NCBI GenBank assembly: GCA_051889995.1
Contig: JBJFDL010000002.1
Coordinates: 81,051 to 145,050 of the forward strand
Origin: Christensenellales bacterium
GTDB taxonomy: Bacteria; Bacillota; Clostridia; Christensenellales; UBA1242
DNA: 64,000 bases
Direction of reading: 5' to 3'
Below the pieces are notes generated by a model. It was given only the letters and a program-made list of their open reading frames with translations, searched no databases and was not told the DNA's origin. The position numbers and the translations under genes were made by a program. How positions within the stretch are numbered: position 1 is the stretch's first letter; the number at the start of each line of letters is the position of its first letter. Below, piece by piece: positions 10,184 through 20,418 of this stretch.

Positions 10184-11276
10184 TCAATTTTGACAGTTAA
10201 TTAAATATGAAAGGACGAAGTCTTCTAATTCGCCATTCATAACAGCATCAACATCACTTGTTTCATAATTAGTTCTATGGTCTTTAACAAGAGTGTAGGG
10301 ACAAAAGATATAACTTCTTATTTGGTTTCCCCACTCTATTTTTTGTTGTTCACCAGATATTTCACTAATTTCATTTAAATGCTGTTGCTCCTTAATTAAC
10401 AATAACTTACTTTTTAAAATTTTTAAGCAAGTTTCTTTGTTCTGTATTTGGCTTCTTTCATTTTGACAACTTACAACTATGTTGGTTGGCAAATGTGTTA
10501 TTCGAACAGCACTTTCTGTTTTGTTTATATGTTGTCCACCTGCACCACTACTTCTAAATGTGTCTATTTTTAAATCTTGCGGATTTATATTAACCTCTTC
10601 ATCGTTGATAATTTCGGGAATAACTTCAACGCTAGCAAATGTTGTGTGCCTTCTTTTGTTTGAATCGAAGGGCGAAATTCTAACAAGTCTGTGAACGCCT
10701 TTTTCACTTTTCATTTTTCCATACGCATTTTCACCACTTATTGTGAATGAAAGGCTTTTATAACCGACATCTTCTTTTAAATAATCGTTAACAACAAGTT
10801 TTAAATTTTCTTTTTCACAATATCTTGTATACATTCTAAAAAGCATTTCTACAAAATCATAACTCTCCGTTCCACCTGCTCCCGAATGAAGCATAACCAA
10901 AGCGTTAAGATTATCGTATTTTTTGTTTAATAATGTATCTAAATATAAAGAATTTGTTTTTTCACACAACGAAGTTAATTCAGCACTGATTATGTTTTCA
11001 TATTCAAGTTTTTCTTCTTCTTGCAGACCATCTAGCATATTAATGTCATTTTTTATATTTTTAAATTGAACATCAATCTCTTTCAACAAATCTAACTCTT
11101 TTTGTTTTTTTGCTAATTCTTTGCTCACTTCAATCAATTTTTGAGAATTAGAATATATGCTATCTTCATTCAATTCATCCTTTAATTTTTCAACGTCTTT
11201 TTTATTGCCTTCAAAGACAGTTACTGATTGTTAAAATTTGTTTTTCTAATTCTTGCAACTTGTCTAAATTTAACAT
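10184..11276 (-). CDS. prfB: Peptide chain release factor 2 (needs a programmed +1 frameshift at 11213)
   Basis: SPF motif (RISPFDSNKRRHTTF) and GGQ ([23 protein letters not shown]). A 21-codon leader ORF MLNLDKLQELEKQILTISNCL from ATG 11276 ends at an in-frame TGA. The +1 frame continues into the main ORF. Confidence 0.92.
11211..11216 (-). promoter_or_regulatory. prfB +1 frameshift site CTT TGA
   Basis: Minus-strand CTT(11216-11214) TGA(11213-11211) followed by A. Frame arithmetic links ATG 11276 to the downstream ORF only through a +1 shift. Confidence 0.85.
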
Positions 11277-11405
11277 ATCTTTCCCCTTTTTGAATAATAT
11301 AGCAAATGATTTTTGTTTTGTCAAATAGTTAATAAAAATAAAACAATAAATACATTTTTCCAACAAAAAAGTCCTGTATGGACCTTTTTTATTATTATCA
11401 GTTAA

Positions 11406-11945
11406 TTATTCTTTTTCTTCTGTGTTTGAAGTTTCATTTTCTTCAACAATTATATCAGCTTCTTTAACAACACTGCTAGCATTTTGTTCAGTAACAGTTC
11501 CAACAAGTTGTGTTTGTTCTTGCTTTCTTATTTGGTAAACTGTTATCCATCTAAACACTACACAAAGAACTGGTAAGACAGCACCATAAATACCCAAAAA
11601 CCAAATGAATATAAAAGCAATTAAAGTTTCAATTATTGCAAGTGTTATAAACCCAGGTTTAGACTGATAATATTTTTCAGCTTTTCTGTTAACTAAAATT
11701 ATTGAAAATACACCTAAAACGATGTAAGCAATTGCAAAAGCAAGAAATACTCCACCTATTAATAAAATAACATCTATTGTCAAAAATGATGTATCTTCGC
11801 CTAATTCTTGCATTAAATTTATTGTTTCAGTTAAAATCATATCAGATGCTAATAAAATTACTAATGAAATTAATAGCCAAAATCCTCCTGTAATTAAATT
11901 AATAATCCCTGAAGTTAAAGTATATTTTGCGCCCTTTTTTTCCAT
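11406..11945 (-). CDS. Hypothetical membrane protein (about 4 TM, acidic C-tail)
   Basis: 179-aa ORF with hydrophobic segments and a weak hairpin plus T-run downstream. No recognisable motif. Confidence 0.55.
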   Translation of the reverse strand: MEKKGAKYTLTSGIINLITGGFWLLISLVILLASDMILTETINLMQELGEDTSFLTIDVILLIGGVFLAFAIAYIVLGVFSIILVNRKAEKYYQSKPGFITLAIIETLIAFIFIWFLGIYGAVLPVLCVVFRWITVYQIRKQEQTQLVGTVTEQNASSVVKEADIIVEENETSNTEEKE

Positions 11946-12010
11946 AATATTCCCCTTTATAATATATTAAATAGATTTTTAAATTTTAATCATAAATTTA
12001 ATTTTTTTTC

Positions 12011-12550
12011 TTATTTTGTTTGACAATTTGGACAATTTAGGTTTTCATCTAATATCGCTCCACAAGAGTCACATCTTTTAATTTCTTTATTTTCAATTGG
12101 TTGTTCTGAAGCAATATTTTTTTGTGCTTCTAAAAGTTTTGCCTGTTTTTCTTTTTCTAATTTTTCTTTTCTTTTAAATGTTGCTATGCTTGCAACAACG
12201 CCTAAAAGAGTGAACACTATTGCCATAATTTCATCATAGCAAACAGCAAGTAGAACATTAGTGTTTGTTGCCAAAATATTGAAAATCGATAAAATTGATT
12301 CTGAAGTCATTAACGACAAAGTTAATATTAAAGCAAAAGCATTAATTAAAATTGATAAAACACTCACCCAAACATAACATAAAGCATTTGTTTTGCTAAA
12401 TTTAGAATATACTAAAATTGCAAGATATGCCGAAGCCAATGAAATAATTGAAGCGAAAACACCAATATAATAAAATAATCCCCAAACAACTCCACCCACA
12501 AGCATTATGCCTAAGCTAAGAAGTAGTGATAGCAGAACATTTCTCTTCAT
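12011..12550 (-). CDS. Hypothetical membrane protein with C-terminal zinc ribbon
   Basis: Start set at MKRNVLLSLLL (ATG 12550, AGGAGAG upstream). About 4 TM, then CDSCGAILDENLNCPNC. Promoter TTGACA-17-TATATT at 12571-12599. Confidence 0.6.
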   Translation of the reverse strand: MKRNVLLSLLLSLGIMLVGGVVWGLFYYIGVFASIISLASAYLAILVYSKFSKTNALCYVWVSVLSILINAFALILTLSLMTSESILSIFNILATNTNVLLAVCYDEIMAIVFTLLGVVASIATFKRKEKLEKEKQAKLLEAQKNIASEQPIENKEIKRCDSCGAILDENLNCPNCQTK

Positions 12551-12936
12551 AATCTCTCCTTTACAAACAAAATATAACAAAATACTACATTATTGTCAAC
12601 TTATTTAGTGGTATTGTCATAAAATAACGCAAGTTATTAAAAATTTTTCATTTTTTTAATCTTATAATCCTTATTCATATTTATGTATACTAAAAACAAA
12701 AAACAATTATGATAAAAGTTATTCATAAACAAAAAAACAATTTTTTCGTTTATTTTTCAAAATGTTTAATCAAAATTAATTTTTATTTGTTCTTAATTAG
12801 TTTTTCTTAAAATCTAAATTGTATTAAATTTTAAAGATTATTTTTATTTAAATTTTTCTTTATATTTTAAAATTAAATTAGATTATTTTTTAATATTTCT
12901 TTATTTCAATTGTCTATTTTCTAATTTTAATAATGT

Positions 12937-12976
12937 TAAAAAAATCGCCAATATTTTTGAATGTTTGGCGACTTTT
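12937..12976 (-). terminator. Intrinsic terminator after tRNA-Thr
   Basis: Minus sense TCGCCAA-loop-TTGGCGA followed by T7. Confidence 0.7.
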
Positions 12977-12981
12977 AATTT

Positions 12982-13057
12982 TGGAGCTGATACCGGGACT
13001 CGAACCCGGGGCAGCTGCATTACCAATGCAGTCCTCTACCACCTGAGGTATATCAGC
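12982..13057 (-). tRNA. tRNA-Thr (anticodon GGU), CCA encoded
   Basis: Reverse complement GCTGATATACCTCAGGTGGTAGAGGACTGCATTGGTAATGCAGCTGCCCCGGGTTCGAGTCCCGGTATCAGCTCCA folds as a cloverleaf. Anticodon loop TTGGTAA, T-loop TTCGAGT. Confidence 0.93.
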
Positions 13058-13207
13058 ATGGGGGCTATTTACCCCAATTTATAATTTTCATAAGTTAAAA
13101 ATTTCGTGTAGAAAAGATTATTTTATTATATTGTTAAATTTTATATAAAATAATAACTTAATTAATAAATTATTTTGTTGTAAATTTTAAGTTTTAATTA
13201 AATAATG

Positions 13208-14125
13208 TTAATTCAGTATTCTCAAATCTTTACCAGTAAAATTATATTTAAGCGAAATTTCTTTACAAACTAATCTTGAAAAAAATCTTTCATTATATTT
13301 AATTCTTAAATCATTTAAAGTCAAATTAGATGTGAATATTGTTAGTTTGTTTTTATCTTGCCTTGCATTTAATAAAATTAATAAATATTCTTTTGTTACA
13401 TTATTAATCATATTTTCAGCACCTAAGTCGTCAATTAATAAAACATCTGGTTCAATTAATTCTGTTAATGATTTATCACCTTTAAAATCATAGTTTACAT
13501 TATAAAAATAATTATTTACTTCAAAAGATGATTTTCCTAATCCATAATTATTTTTTAAAATCATTGATTTTAGAAGACTTTTTGCAATAAAAGTTTTACC
13601 CGTCCCGGTTGCACCTGAAAATAATATTGTATTGATTTTTGTTTTATCAAGATTTAATAAAATTTCTATTAACTTTGTTTTTTCTTGACAGTCTTGATAC
13701 ACACTTAAGTCTAAATCTTCAAGAGTAGGATGTTTATCTAACTTCATATTAGCAATTTCTAACAATCTATTTTTATATTCTCTATCCAAACAATCACAAA
13801 TTTTGTTGTCAACAACTCCCGAATCTTTACAAATTGGACAATCAAATTTTGGTAAAATTTTATTTATATCTTTGCCACTTTCTTGAATTAAATTCACTAA
13901 TTGATTTTTTGTTGTTTTAACTAATGCGTTTAAATTTTCACAATCTTTGCCATCTCTTTCCTTTTTAGCTATTTCAATTTTCAATTCACCAAGTTTATTT
14001 GATAGTTCTAGAATTTCAGGAACATCATAACAACTATTTAAATAAATTTTTGCATCTAAAATTCTTTGTAATTTTTTCTGTTGAAAATCGTGAAAAGTTT
14101 TATCAAAAATTTCATTTTTATTCAT
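13208..14125 (-). CDS. dnaI: DnaI/DnaC-type replicative helicase loader (AAA+)
   Basis: Walker A GATGTGKTF, Walker B LLIDDLG, N-terminal Cys cluster CPICKDSGVVDNKICDC. Directly follows the DnaD-domain gene. Confidence 0.8.
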   Translation of the reverse strand: MNKNEIFDKTFHDFQQKKLQRILDAKIYLNSCYDVPEILELSNKLGELKIEIAKKERDGKDCENLNALVKTTKNQLVNLIQESGKDINKILPKFDCPICKDSGVVDNKICDCLDREYKNRLLEIANMKLDKHPTLEDLDLSVYQDCQEKTKLIEILLNLDKTKINTILFSGATGTGKTFIAKSLLKSMILKNNYGLGKSSFEVNNYFYNVNYDFKGDKSLTELIEPDVLLIDDLGAENMINNVTKEYLLILLNARQDKNKLTIFTSNLTLNDLRIKYNERFFSRLVCKEISLKYNFTGKDLRILN

Positions 14126-15561
14126 TAAATATCAATCTCCTTTAAATTATCAAATAAACGGTTAACTTCTTCATCAGTATAACTTCTTGTGTTCATATTA
14201 AGTTCGTTATTTGAATTATTTACACTTAAATTTAAATTTTGTGCTTTTGCCTTTTCAACGCTGTTGATGTCTTTTTCGTGAAAATTTGCTAAAACTTTAT
14301 TTAAATATTGATATGGTTGAGTTTTCCCTTGCGAAATACTTATTGCATATTCTAACAATTCTTCTCCGATTAGCCAATCGTTAGTCCAAATATTGTAAAC
14401 TTCTCTATCTCGGTTAGTTACTATCCTTTTAATTGATAATTTTTCGAAAATATCCTTAATTTTTTCATCAACTAAATTTAGTTGTTGAATATACTCAACT
14501 ATTGCATCTAGTGAAACAATACCTTGTTTGTATAATTTTTGAATGACAATATCCATTTGTTCTAATGAATTATTTTCACTTTTAAAACAGAATTTTGCTA
14601 TTGTTTTTAGCGTTTCATCACTATAACCTTTATATAACCAAACATTTATGTAATTGTCTATGACTGGTTCTAAGTTTTCAAAATATAAGCCTAATTTCGA
14701 TGTTATTTCCCTTGCAAGGTCAAGATAATGCTTTTTATTATTTTCGTGGTTTTCAATTTCATCAATAGATAGAAGTTGTAAAGAATGATATTTTGTAAGT
14801 TTGGCATCAAGAGCCTTCATTCCACCTTTTTTCTTTAAAAATTTTGCCACTTCAATTATGGTTGAATCCGTGAAGAAGAAACTTTTCGTCCACTTTAAAT
14901 ACATATCTCTTTCTTCAAGCGTTGCACTGCGGTTAATTCCTAAAACAACAAAAATATTTTTAATATTTTCACTTGTTAACGTTAATTCTTCTAGTTTTTT
15001 CTCGACTTTTTTAACTGTTAATATTTTTTCTCCAATCCAATTTTTTGCAACAGATATAATATATTTTGGAGCAACATTATCACCTTTTGTTTCCACACAA
15101 TACTTAATTATCATTAGCATTGCTTCTTTTTCTAGTTTATCTTTTTCAATAAATTCTACAAAATCTTTAAATTCGTTTGGAGAAAGTGCTCTGTTTAATA
15201 AACTTTGACATGCAATATAAAAATCACCATATTTTTCTTCATCTATTCGTTTAAATTTTACAACCTTGTTATCTAAATTTAAAAAAACAATGTCTAGTTT
15301 TTCCATATCTACAATTTGCAAAACACCTTGTTCTTGCCAATATTTTAAATGTTCTTCAACTTCTTGTTTGGTCATATTTAAACTTTCGCAAAAATTTTCA
15401 AGAGTGTTAACATCGCTTTCTAAGTCACAAAAAACTAATCCTTGCAAATAAACTTTCACTGCACCTTCTGGACTTGATGGCATAAAGTAATGTAAAAACA
15501 CATTACTAACTAATGTAAATTGCTTTTCTCTAAAGTCGATGCTATATTTCGCAAATGCCAT
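14125..15561 (-). CDS. dnaB: DnaD-domain replication initiation / membrane attachment protein (Bacillus DnaB-type)
   Basis: 478 aa, the size and position of Firmicute dnaB upstream of dnaI. Repeated DnaD-like helical modules. Motif-level call only. Confidence 0.65.
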   Translation of the reverse strand: MAFAKYSIDFREKQFTLVSNVFLHYFMPSSPEGAVKVYLQGLVFCDLESDVNTLENFCESLNMTKQEVEEHLKYWQEQGVLQIVDMEKLDIVFLNLDNKVVKFKRIDEEKYGDFYIACQSLLNRALSPNEFKDFVEFIEKDKLEKEAMLMIIKYCVETKGDNVAPKYIISVAKNWIGEKILTVKKVEKKLEELTLTSENIKNIFVVLGINRSATLEERDMYLKWTKSFFFTDSTIIEVAKFLKKKGGMKALDAKLTKYHSLQLLSIDEIENHENNKKHYLDLAREITSKLGLYFENLEPVIDNYINVWLYKGYSDETLKTIAKFCFKSENNSLEQMDIVIQKLYKQGIVSLDAIVEYIQQLNLVDEKIKDIFEKLSIKRIVTNRDREVYNIWTNDWLIGEELLEYAISISQGKTQPYQYLNKVLANFHEKDINSVEKAKAQNLNLSVNNSNNELNMNTRSYTDEEVNRLFDNLKEIDI

Positions 15562-15696
15562 ATTCTTTCTCCCCTTTTCCTTACATTATATAATGTTTTT
15601 AAAATATTTTCAATTATTAAACAAGATTTTTTTTATTTTGTTATTTTTATTTTTAAGTTCACATATATTTGTAATAAATAAAAAAAGGACAAGCCT

Positions 15697-17223
15697 ATGC
15701 AAAAATTAATGAAAAAGAAAAAAATAATAATAATTGTGTCATGTATTTTAGTGTGTGCTATAATTCTATCTTCAGTTTTAATATTCAAAACAGCTAAAAC
15801 GAATTTTATAGCAAAATACAGTAAAAATGTAAACGAGTATTCTTTAAATATAAATTTAGATTGCGAGAATAAAACTTTAGATATACAGCAAGAAGTTAAC
15901 TATATTAACACAACTGAAGATGTTGCATTAAAGTCAATATATTTTCATATATATCCAAGAGCCTTTTGCGAGGGAGTGGTTAACAAACCCGTCAGCACAC
16001 TCAATTCTTCCAAAGCCTATCCAAATGGCGAAAATTACGGCGATTTTGAACTTAAAACATTAAAGGTTAATAACTTTGATGTATCTCCTCGCTATTCTAA
16101 CGTGGATAAAGATATTTTAATTGTAGATTTAAGCGAAGAACTTTTACCTAAAAAGAGTGTAAAAATATATTTTGAATATAGCGAACTATTACCTAACATT
16201 TCCCACAGATATGGTTATGGTGAAAACACGATTAATTTGGGGAATTTTTTTCTAATTGCTTGTGTATATGATGAAAACGAAGGATTTTTTGATAATTCAT
16301 ACCACTACAATGGCGACCCATTTTATAGCGATATATCAAATTTTAATATTGATATAACTTACGACTCAAAATATTCTTTGGCTTCAACCGGGATAGTGAT
16401 AAGTGAAACAACAAATGAAAATGTAACTAACAAAAAAATTTCTGCAAAAGCCGTTAGAGATTTTGCAATGATTTTATCGGATAAATTTAATAATATTAGT
16501 GAAAACATAGATGGAATTGAAATTAATTATTATTATTATCAAGATAAATATCCTGAAAAAAGTTTGCAAACTTGTATAAAAAGTGTTTTAACCTTTAATG
16601 AATTGTTCGCTAAATATCCATATTCTTCTCTATCCATATGCGAAAGTAACTTTGTTTATGGCGGAATGGAATATCCAAACATTGTATTTATTAGTGATAA
16701 TCTTGAAAATTACGAGGACCACACTTACACTATGGTTCATGAAATTGCCCATCAATGGTGGTATGGGGTTGTTGGAAACAATGAATTTAAATATGGTTTT
16801 TTAGATGAAGGCTTAACAGAATATTCAACTTATCTGTTTTTTGAAAAAAATCAAGAATACGAATTGAATATTGATGATATGATTAAAAACACAACTAACA
16901 GTTATCTACTTTTTATTGATGTTTATAAAGAAGTTTTTGGCAAAGTGGATACAACAATGTTGCGTAGTTTAGATGAATATAACACAGAACCAGAATACAT
17001 TTATATGGCTTATGTGAAAGGTCTTTTAATGTTTGACGCATTGAACACTTTAGTTGGAGAATCTAAATTTATAAAATCTCTAAAATTTTACTACAATGAA
17101 AACATGTGTAAAAATGCAACACCATCAGATTTAATTTATGCTTTTAATAAAGTATGTGGAAAAGATTTAGAAAACTTCTTTAAAAGTTGGTTTAATGGAA
17201 GCGTTATAATCGAAAGTTTATAA
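15697..17223 (+). CDS. M1-family zinc metallopeptidase, membrane-anchored/secreted
   Basis: HEIAHQWWYGVVGNNEFKYGFLDEGLTEY is HExxH-x18-E. N-terminal signal/anchor KKIIIIVSCILVCAIILSSVLIF. Confidence 0.85.
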   Translation: MQKLMKKKKIIIIVSCILVCAIILSSVLIFKTAKTNFIAKYSKNVNEYSLNINLDCENKTLDIQQEVNYINTTEDVALKSIYFHIYPRAFCEGVVNKPVSTLNSSKAYPNGENYGDFELKTLKVNNFDVSPRYSNVDKDILIVDLSEELLPKKSVKIYFEYSELLPNISHRYGYGENTINLGNFFLIACVYDENEGFFDNSYHYNGDPFYSDISNFNIDITYDSKYSLASTGIVISETTNENVTNKKISAKAVRDFAMILSDKFNNISENIDGIEINYYYYQDKYPEKSLQTCIKSVLTFNELFAKYPYSSLSICESNFVYGGMEYPNIVFISDNLENYEDHTYTMVHEIAHQWWYGVVGNNEFKYGFLDEGLTEYSTYLFFEKNQEYELNIDDMIKNTTNSYLLFIDVYKEVFGKVDTTMLRSLDEYNTEPEYIYMAYVKGLLMFDALNTLVGESKFIKSLKFYYNENMCKNATPSDLIYAFNKVCGKDLENFFKSWFNGSVIIESL

Positions 17224-17284
17224 ATTTTTAAAATTTTATAATAATTTTGTAATCATTACACATCATAGTGTTAGGAGGTATACT

Positions 17285-17443
17285 ATGAATAATATGTATA
17301 GACCTGGTGAAGAAGCGCCAGAAAGTGGCAACTACATTGCCTATGATGTTAATGGTAAATGTGGTGGTTCAGTTTATCTTGAAAAGGGTCAAAGATTTCC
17401 AGCAACTCAACACAGTGGAAGTTATTATCAAAAACAAGATTAA
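17285..17443 (+). CDS. YjzC-family small protein (52 aa; below the ORF-track cut-off)
   Basis: ATG 17285 preceded by TAGGAGGTATACT. MNNMYRPGEEAPESGNYIAYDVNGKCGGSVYLEKGQRFPATQHSGSYYQKQD matches the PGE.AP.SG.Y...L.KG..FP signature as I remember it. Terminator follows. Confidence 0.6.
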   Translation: MNNMYRPGEEAPESGNYIAYDVNGKCGGSVYLEKGQRFPATQHSGSYYQKQD

Positions 17444-17447
17444 TAAT

Positions 17448-17482
17448 AAAAAGAATTTAGACAAAATCTAAATTCTTTTTTT
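17448..17482. terminator. Bidirectional intrinsic terminator (yjzC-like / eno)
   Basis: AGAATTTAG-acaaaat-CTAAATTCT with flanking A and T runs. Confidence 0.75.
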
Positions 17483-17492
17483 ATAAATTCTA

Positions 17493-18809
17493 CTATTTTT
17501 TTATTGATGTAAAAACTCTTTTTCCTAAATATCTTGCTTTTTTATTTAGTTCTTCTTCAATTCTTATTAATTGATTATATTTTGCAACTCTATCTGTTCT
17601 GCTAGGAGCACCTGTTTTAATTTGCCCAGTCGACAACGCAACAACAAGGTCGGCAATTGTTGTGTCTTCCGTTTCGCCACTTCTATGAGATACTACGGCA
17701 GTAAAATTATTTTCTCTTGCTTTGTTTATTGTTTCTATCGTTTCTGTTAATGTTCCAATTTGATTAACTTTAATTAAAATTGAATTAGATAGTTTTTGGT
17801 CAATTCCAACATTTAAGCGTTGAATATTTGTTACATATAAATCATCACCAACAATTTGAATTTTATCTCCTAATTCCTTATTAAATAATTTCCAGTCTTC
17901 AAAATTTTCTTCGCCAAAAGCGTCTTCAATAGAAATTATAGGATACTTATCAATTAACTCTTTAAAATAATCTATAAACTCTCTTGTTGTGAACATTCTA
18001 CCAGTTTTCCAGAAAAAGTAATAATCATCTTTTCCTTTTTTAATGGCCTCATTTTTCATCTCGCTTCCAGCAACATCAATTGCAAACATAAAGTCTTTAC
18101 CAAGTTTATAACCTGCTTTCTTAACAGCTTTTACAAGATATTCAAAAACTTCTTCATCGTTTTTAAAATTTGGAGCAAATCCTCCTTCATCGCCAACACT
18201 TGTAGCATAACCATCTTGTTTTAAAACGCTTTTTAAGTTATGAAAAACTTCAACACACATTTTAAGAGCTTCACTCCAACTTTTTGCCCCAACTGGCATA
18301 ATCATAAATTCTTGAATATTAACATTGTTATCTGCGTGTTTCCCACCATTAACTACGTTCATCATTGGAACAGGCATAATATATTCGTCACTTTCTTTTA
18401 AATATCTAAATAAACTCAAGCCTTTTTTATTAGCACCAGCTTTCGCACAAGCAAGTGAAACCCCTAAAATGGCGTTTGCACCCAATTTTCCCTTATTTTC
18501 TGTTCCGTCAAGTGCAATCATCTTTCTGTCAATCTCTTCCTGATTAAAAACACACATACCTACTATTTCTTTACTAATAATTTTATTAACATTTTTAACA
18601 GCCTTTTCTACACTTTTTCCTAGATAATTATCTTTATCTCCATCTCTTAATTCTATTGCTTCAAATTTACCAGTGGATGCTCCAGATGGAACTGATGCTC
18701 TTCCAGAAAATTCACCATCAACATAAACGTCAACTTCAACTGTTGGATTACCGCGACTATCTAATATTTGACGCGCCCATATTTTTGTAATTAAATTTTT
18801 TTCTTCCAT
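17493..18809 (-). CDS. eno: Enolase
   Basis: 438 aa. [40 protein letters not shown]. Ends with tandem TAG TAG. Confidence 0.97.
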   Translation of the reverse strand: MEEKNLITKIWARQILDSRGNPTVEVDVYVDGEFSGRASVPSGASTGKFEAIELRDGDKDNYLGKSVEKAVKNVNKIISKEIVGMCVFNQEEIDRKMIALDGTENKGKLGANAILGVSLACAKAGANKKGLSLFRYLKESDEYIMPVPMMNVVNGGKHADNNVNIQEFMIMPVGAKSWSEALKMCVEVFHNLKSVLKQDGYATSVGDEGGFAPNFKNDEEVFEYLVKAVKKAGYKLGKDFMFAIDVAGSEMKNEAIKKGKDDYYFFWKTGRMFTTREFIDYFKELIDKYPIISIEDAFGEENFEDWKLFNKELGDKIQIVGDDLYVTNIQRLNVGIDQKLSNSILIKVNQIGTLTETIETINKARENNFTAVVSHRSGETEDTTIADLVVALSTGQIKTGAPSRTDRVAKYNQLIRIEEELNKKARYLGKRVFTSIKK

Positions 18810-18880
18810 ATTCCCCTCTTTTTAAAAGTATAGCAAAAACAAAAAATAAAAACAAATAAAAAAATAGGAAAATAAATTTC

Positions 18881-20158
18881 CTATTCATACATACCTCTAA
18901 TTAAATGTTCATCTTCTTTCGGTCTAGAGTTTGTGTTAACTTCTTTGTTTTCCGTTTTGTTATCTTTTGGTTTTTTATCTTTATTGGATTTTACATTGTT
19001 ATTAATATTACTTTTGTTGTTTTTTTGTATAATCTCTGTATTTTCATTAGTTTCTTTATTTAGGTTCACATTAGTTTTTATTTCAGGTTTTATAAATTCT
19101 TCATATTCCTTTTGTGAAATATTATCTAAATAATATGGAGTATTATATTTGATTTCATCTAACTTACTATCAAATTCTTCACTTGACTCACAAATTTCAT
19201 CATCTTTAGGAGCTTTAAATTTACCAATAATTTTAGGTTTGTTTTTATATCTCGCACAATAAAGTTGATAGTCAAATTTTAAGTCCATAGCTTTAAACAT
19301 CATTGAATCATCAATTGAAGGGTCATATTCAAAGTAATCATTACTTTCAATTTCATAATAATCTGTAAGACTTTTAAAGCATTCTTCTTTTACGTCTTTG
19401 TTATCTCTTTCATCAACGCAATCAGTCTTAACAAAAAGTCTTCTAGGATACATCATTTCTTGGAAGTATTCATCATAAATTCCAAACTTATCAAAGTGTT
19501 CCAATCTTTTGTTAAATCTGTCAACCATAAATTCTTCATATTCCGGACAAAGTTCATATAACAAATCGTAATTATAGTATATAAATTTATCAATAATTTC
19601 TTGATTGGTATCCATATTTGTAAATGCCGTGTTAGTGAAAACCTTTTTAGAAAGTTCTTCATAAGGCATTTCACGCCATTTTTTTGTTCTTTTATCAAAA
19701 AATGCAGATTCTTTTTTAAATGATTTTAATATTCTTCGGGTAAGTCTTTGCCTTTTTTTATTAATACGAGTAGAATTTTTAGGAGTTAAATTCATCTCGG
19801 TTGTTCGCATTTTTTCATAATATCTACGCACTTTTCTATTGGTTCTTGGCAATTTTACCATTGCGTTAAAACTAGCTCCGCATATAGTTCGGTTACTAAA
19901 CATAATTCCTGTTGGAATAATATGTATAAGTGATTGTAACATAGCAGGATCTATCGCTCCAAGAGTTATAAGTTGATATCCCATGCAAAATAATCCAATT
20001 CCTAAAAAAAACGGAGAAGTATATCTTAAACCAAAGGCTAATATTTTAGAAGACAAATTTTCGTATGCAAGTTCCATATCTAATAAACTTAATGGATATT
20101 TTTTTCCATCAACTGTAATTTTACACACTTTGCATTTTTTGGATAATAACTTTTTCAT
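18881..20158 (-). CDS. Hypothetical protein (N-terminal membrane hairpin, basic linker, acidic/Lys-rich tail)
   Basis: 425-aa ORF with promoter TTGACT-17-TATACT (20176-20204) and AAAGGAG RBS. No recognisable family. Confidence 0.55.
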   Translation of the reverse strand: MKKLLSKKCKVCKITVDGKKYPLSLLDMELAYENLSSKILAFGLRYTSPFFLGIGLFCMGYQLITLGAIDPAMLQSLIHIIPTGIMFSNRTICGASFNAMVKLPRTNRKVRRYYEKMRTTEMNLTPKNSTRINKKRQRLTRRILKSFKKESAFFDKRTKKWREMPYEELSKKVFTNTAFTNMDTNQEIIDKFIYYNYDLLYELCPEYEEFMVDRFNKRLEHFDKFGIYDEYFQEMMYPRRLFVKTDCVDERDNKDVKEECFKSLTDYYEIESNDYFEYDPSIDDSMMFKAMDLKFDYQLYCARYKNKPKIIGKFKAPKDDEICESSEEFDSKLDEIKYNTPYYLDNISQKEYEEFIKPEIKTNVNLNKETNENTEIIQKNNKSNINNNVKSNKDKKPKDNKTENKEVNTNSRPKEDEHLIRGMYE

Positions 20159-20418
20159 AAGTGCTCCTTTGAAATAGTATATATCTTTTTGTAAAATTAG
20201 TCAATAGCAAAAATTATTTTCAAAGTTTAAAATTAATTTCAATAAAAATTACAATTTAAAGTTAATTTAATTTCATATATATAAAACAAAATAATATTGC
20301 TTAAAATTTTAAAATAATTAAGTAGGGAAAATCTTCTCGCAAAACGAGTTTCAAAATTTGCTTTTTTTATTTTATGTTTAATTTTTTATTTGTTAATTAC
20401 AAATAGTTTTATGTTTGA

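Noticed and set aside
12581-12936. A hidden gene or ncRNA in the 360-nt AT-rich spacer between tRNA-Thr and the 12011-12550 gene (similarly 4763-5068 and 52626-52850)
   Set aside because: I found only promoter-like hexamers and short weak hairpins. There are no ORFs with an RBS and no GC-containing structure, so there is nothing I can support from sequence alone.
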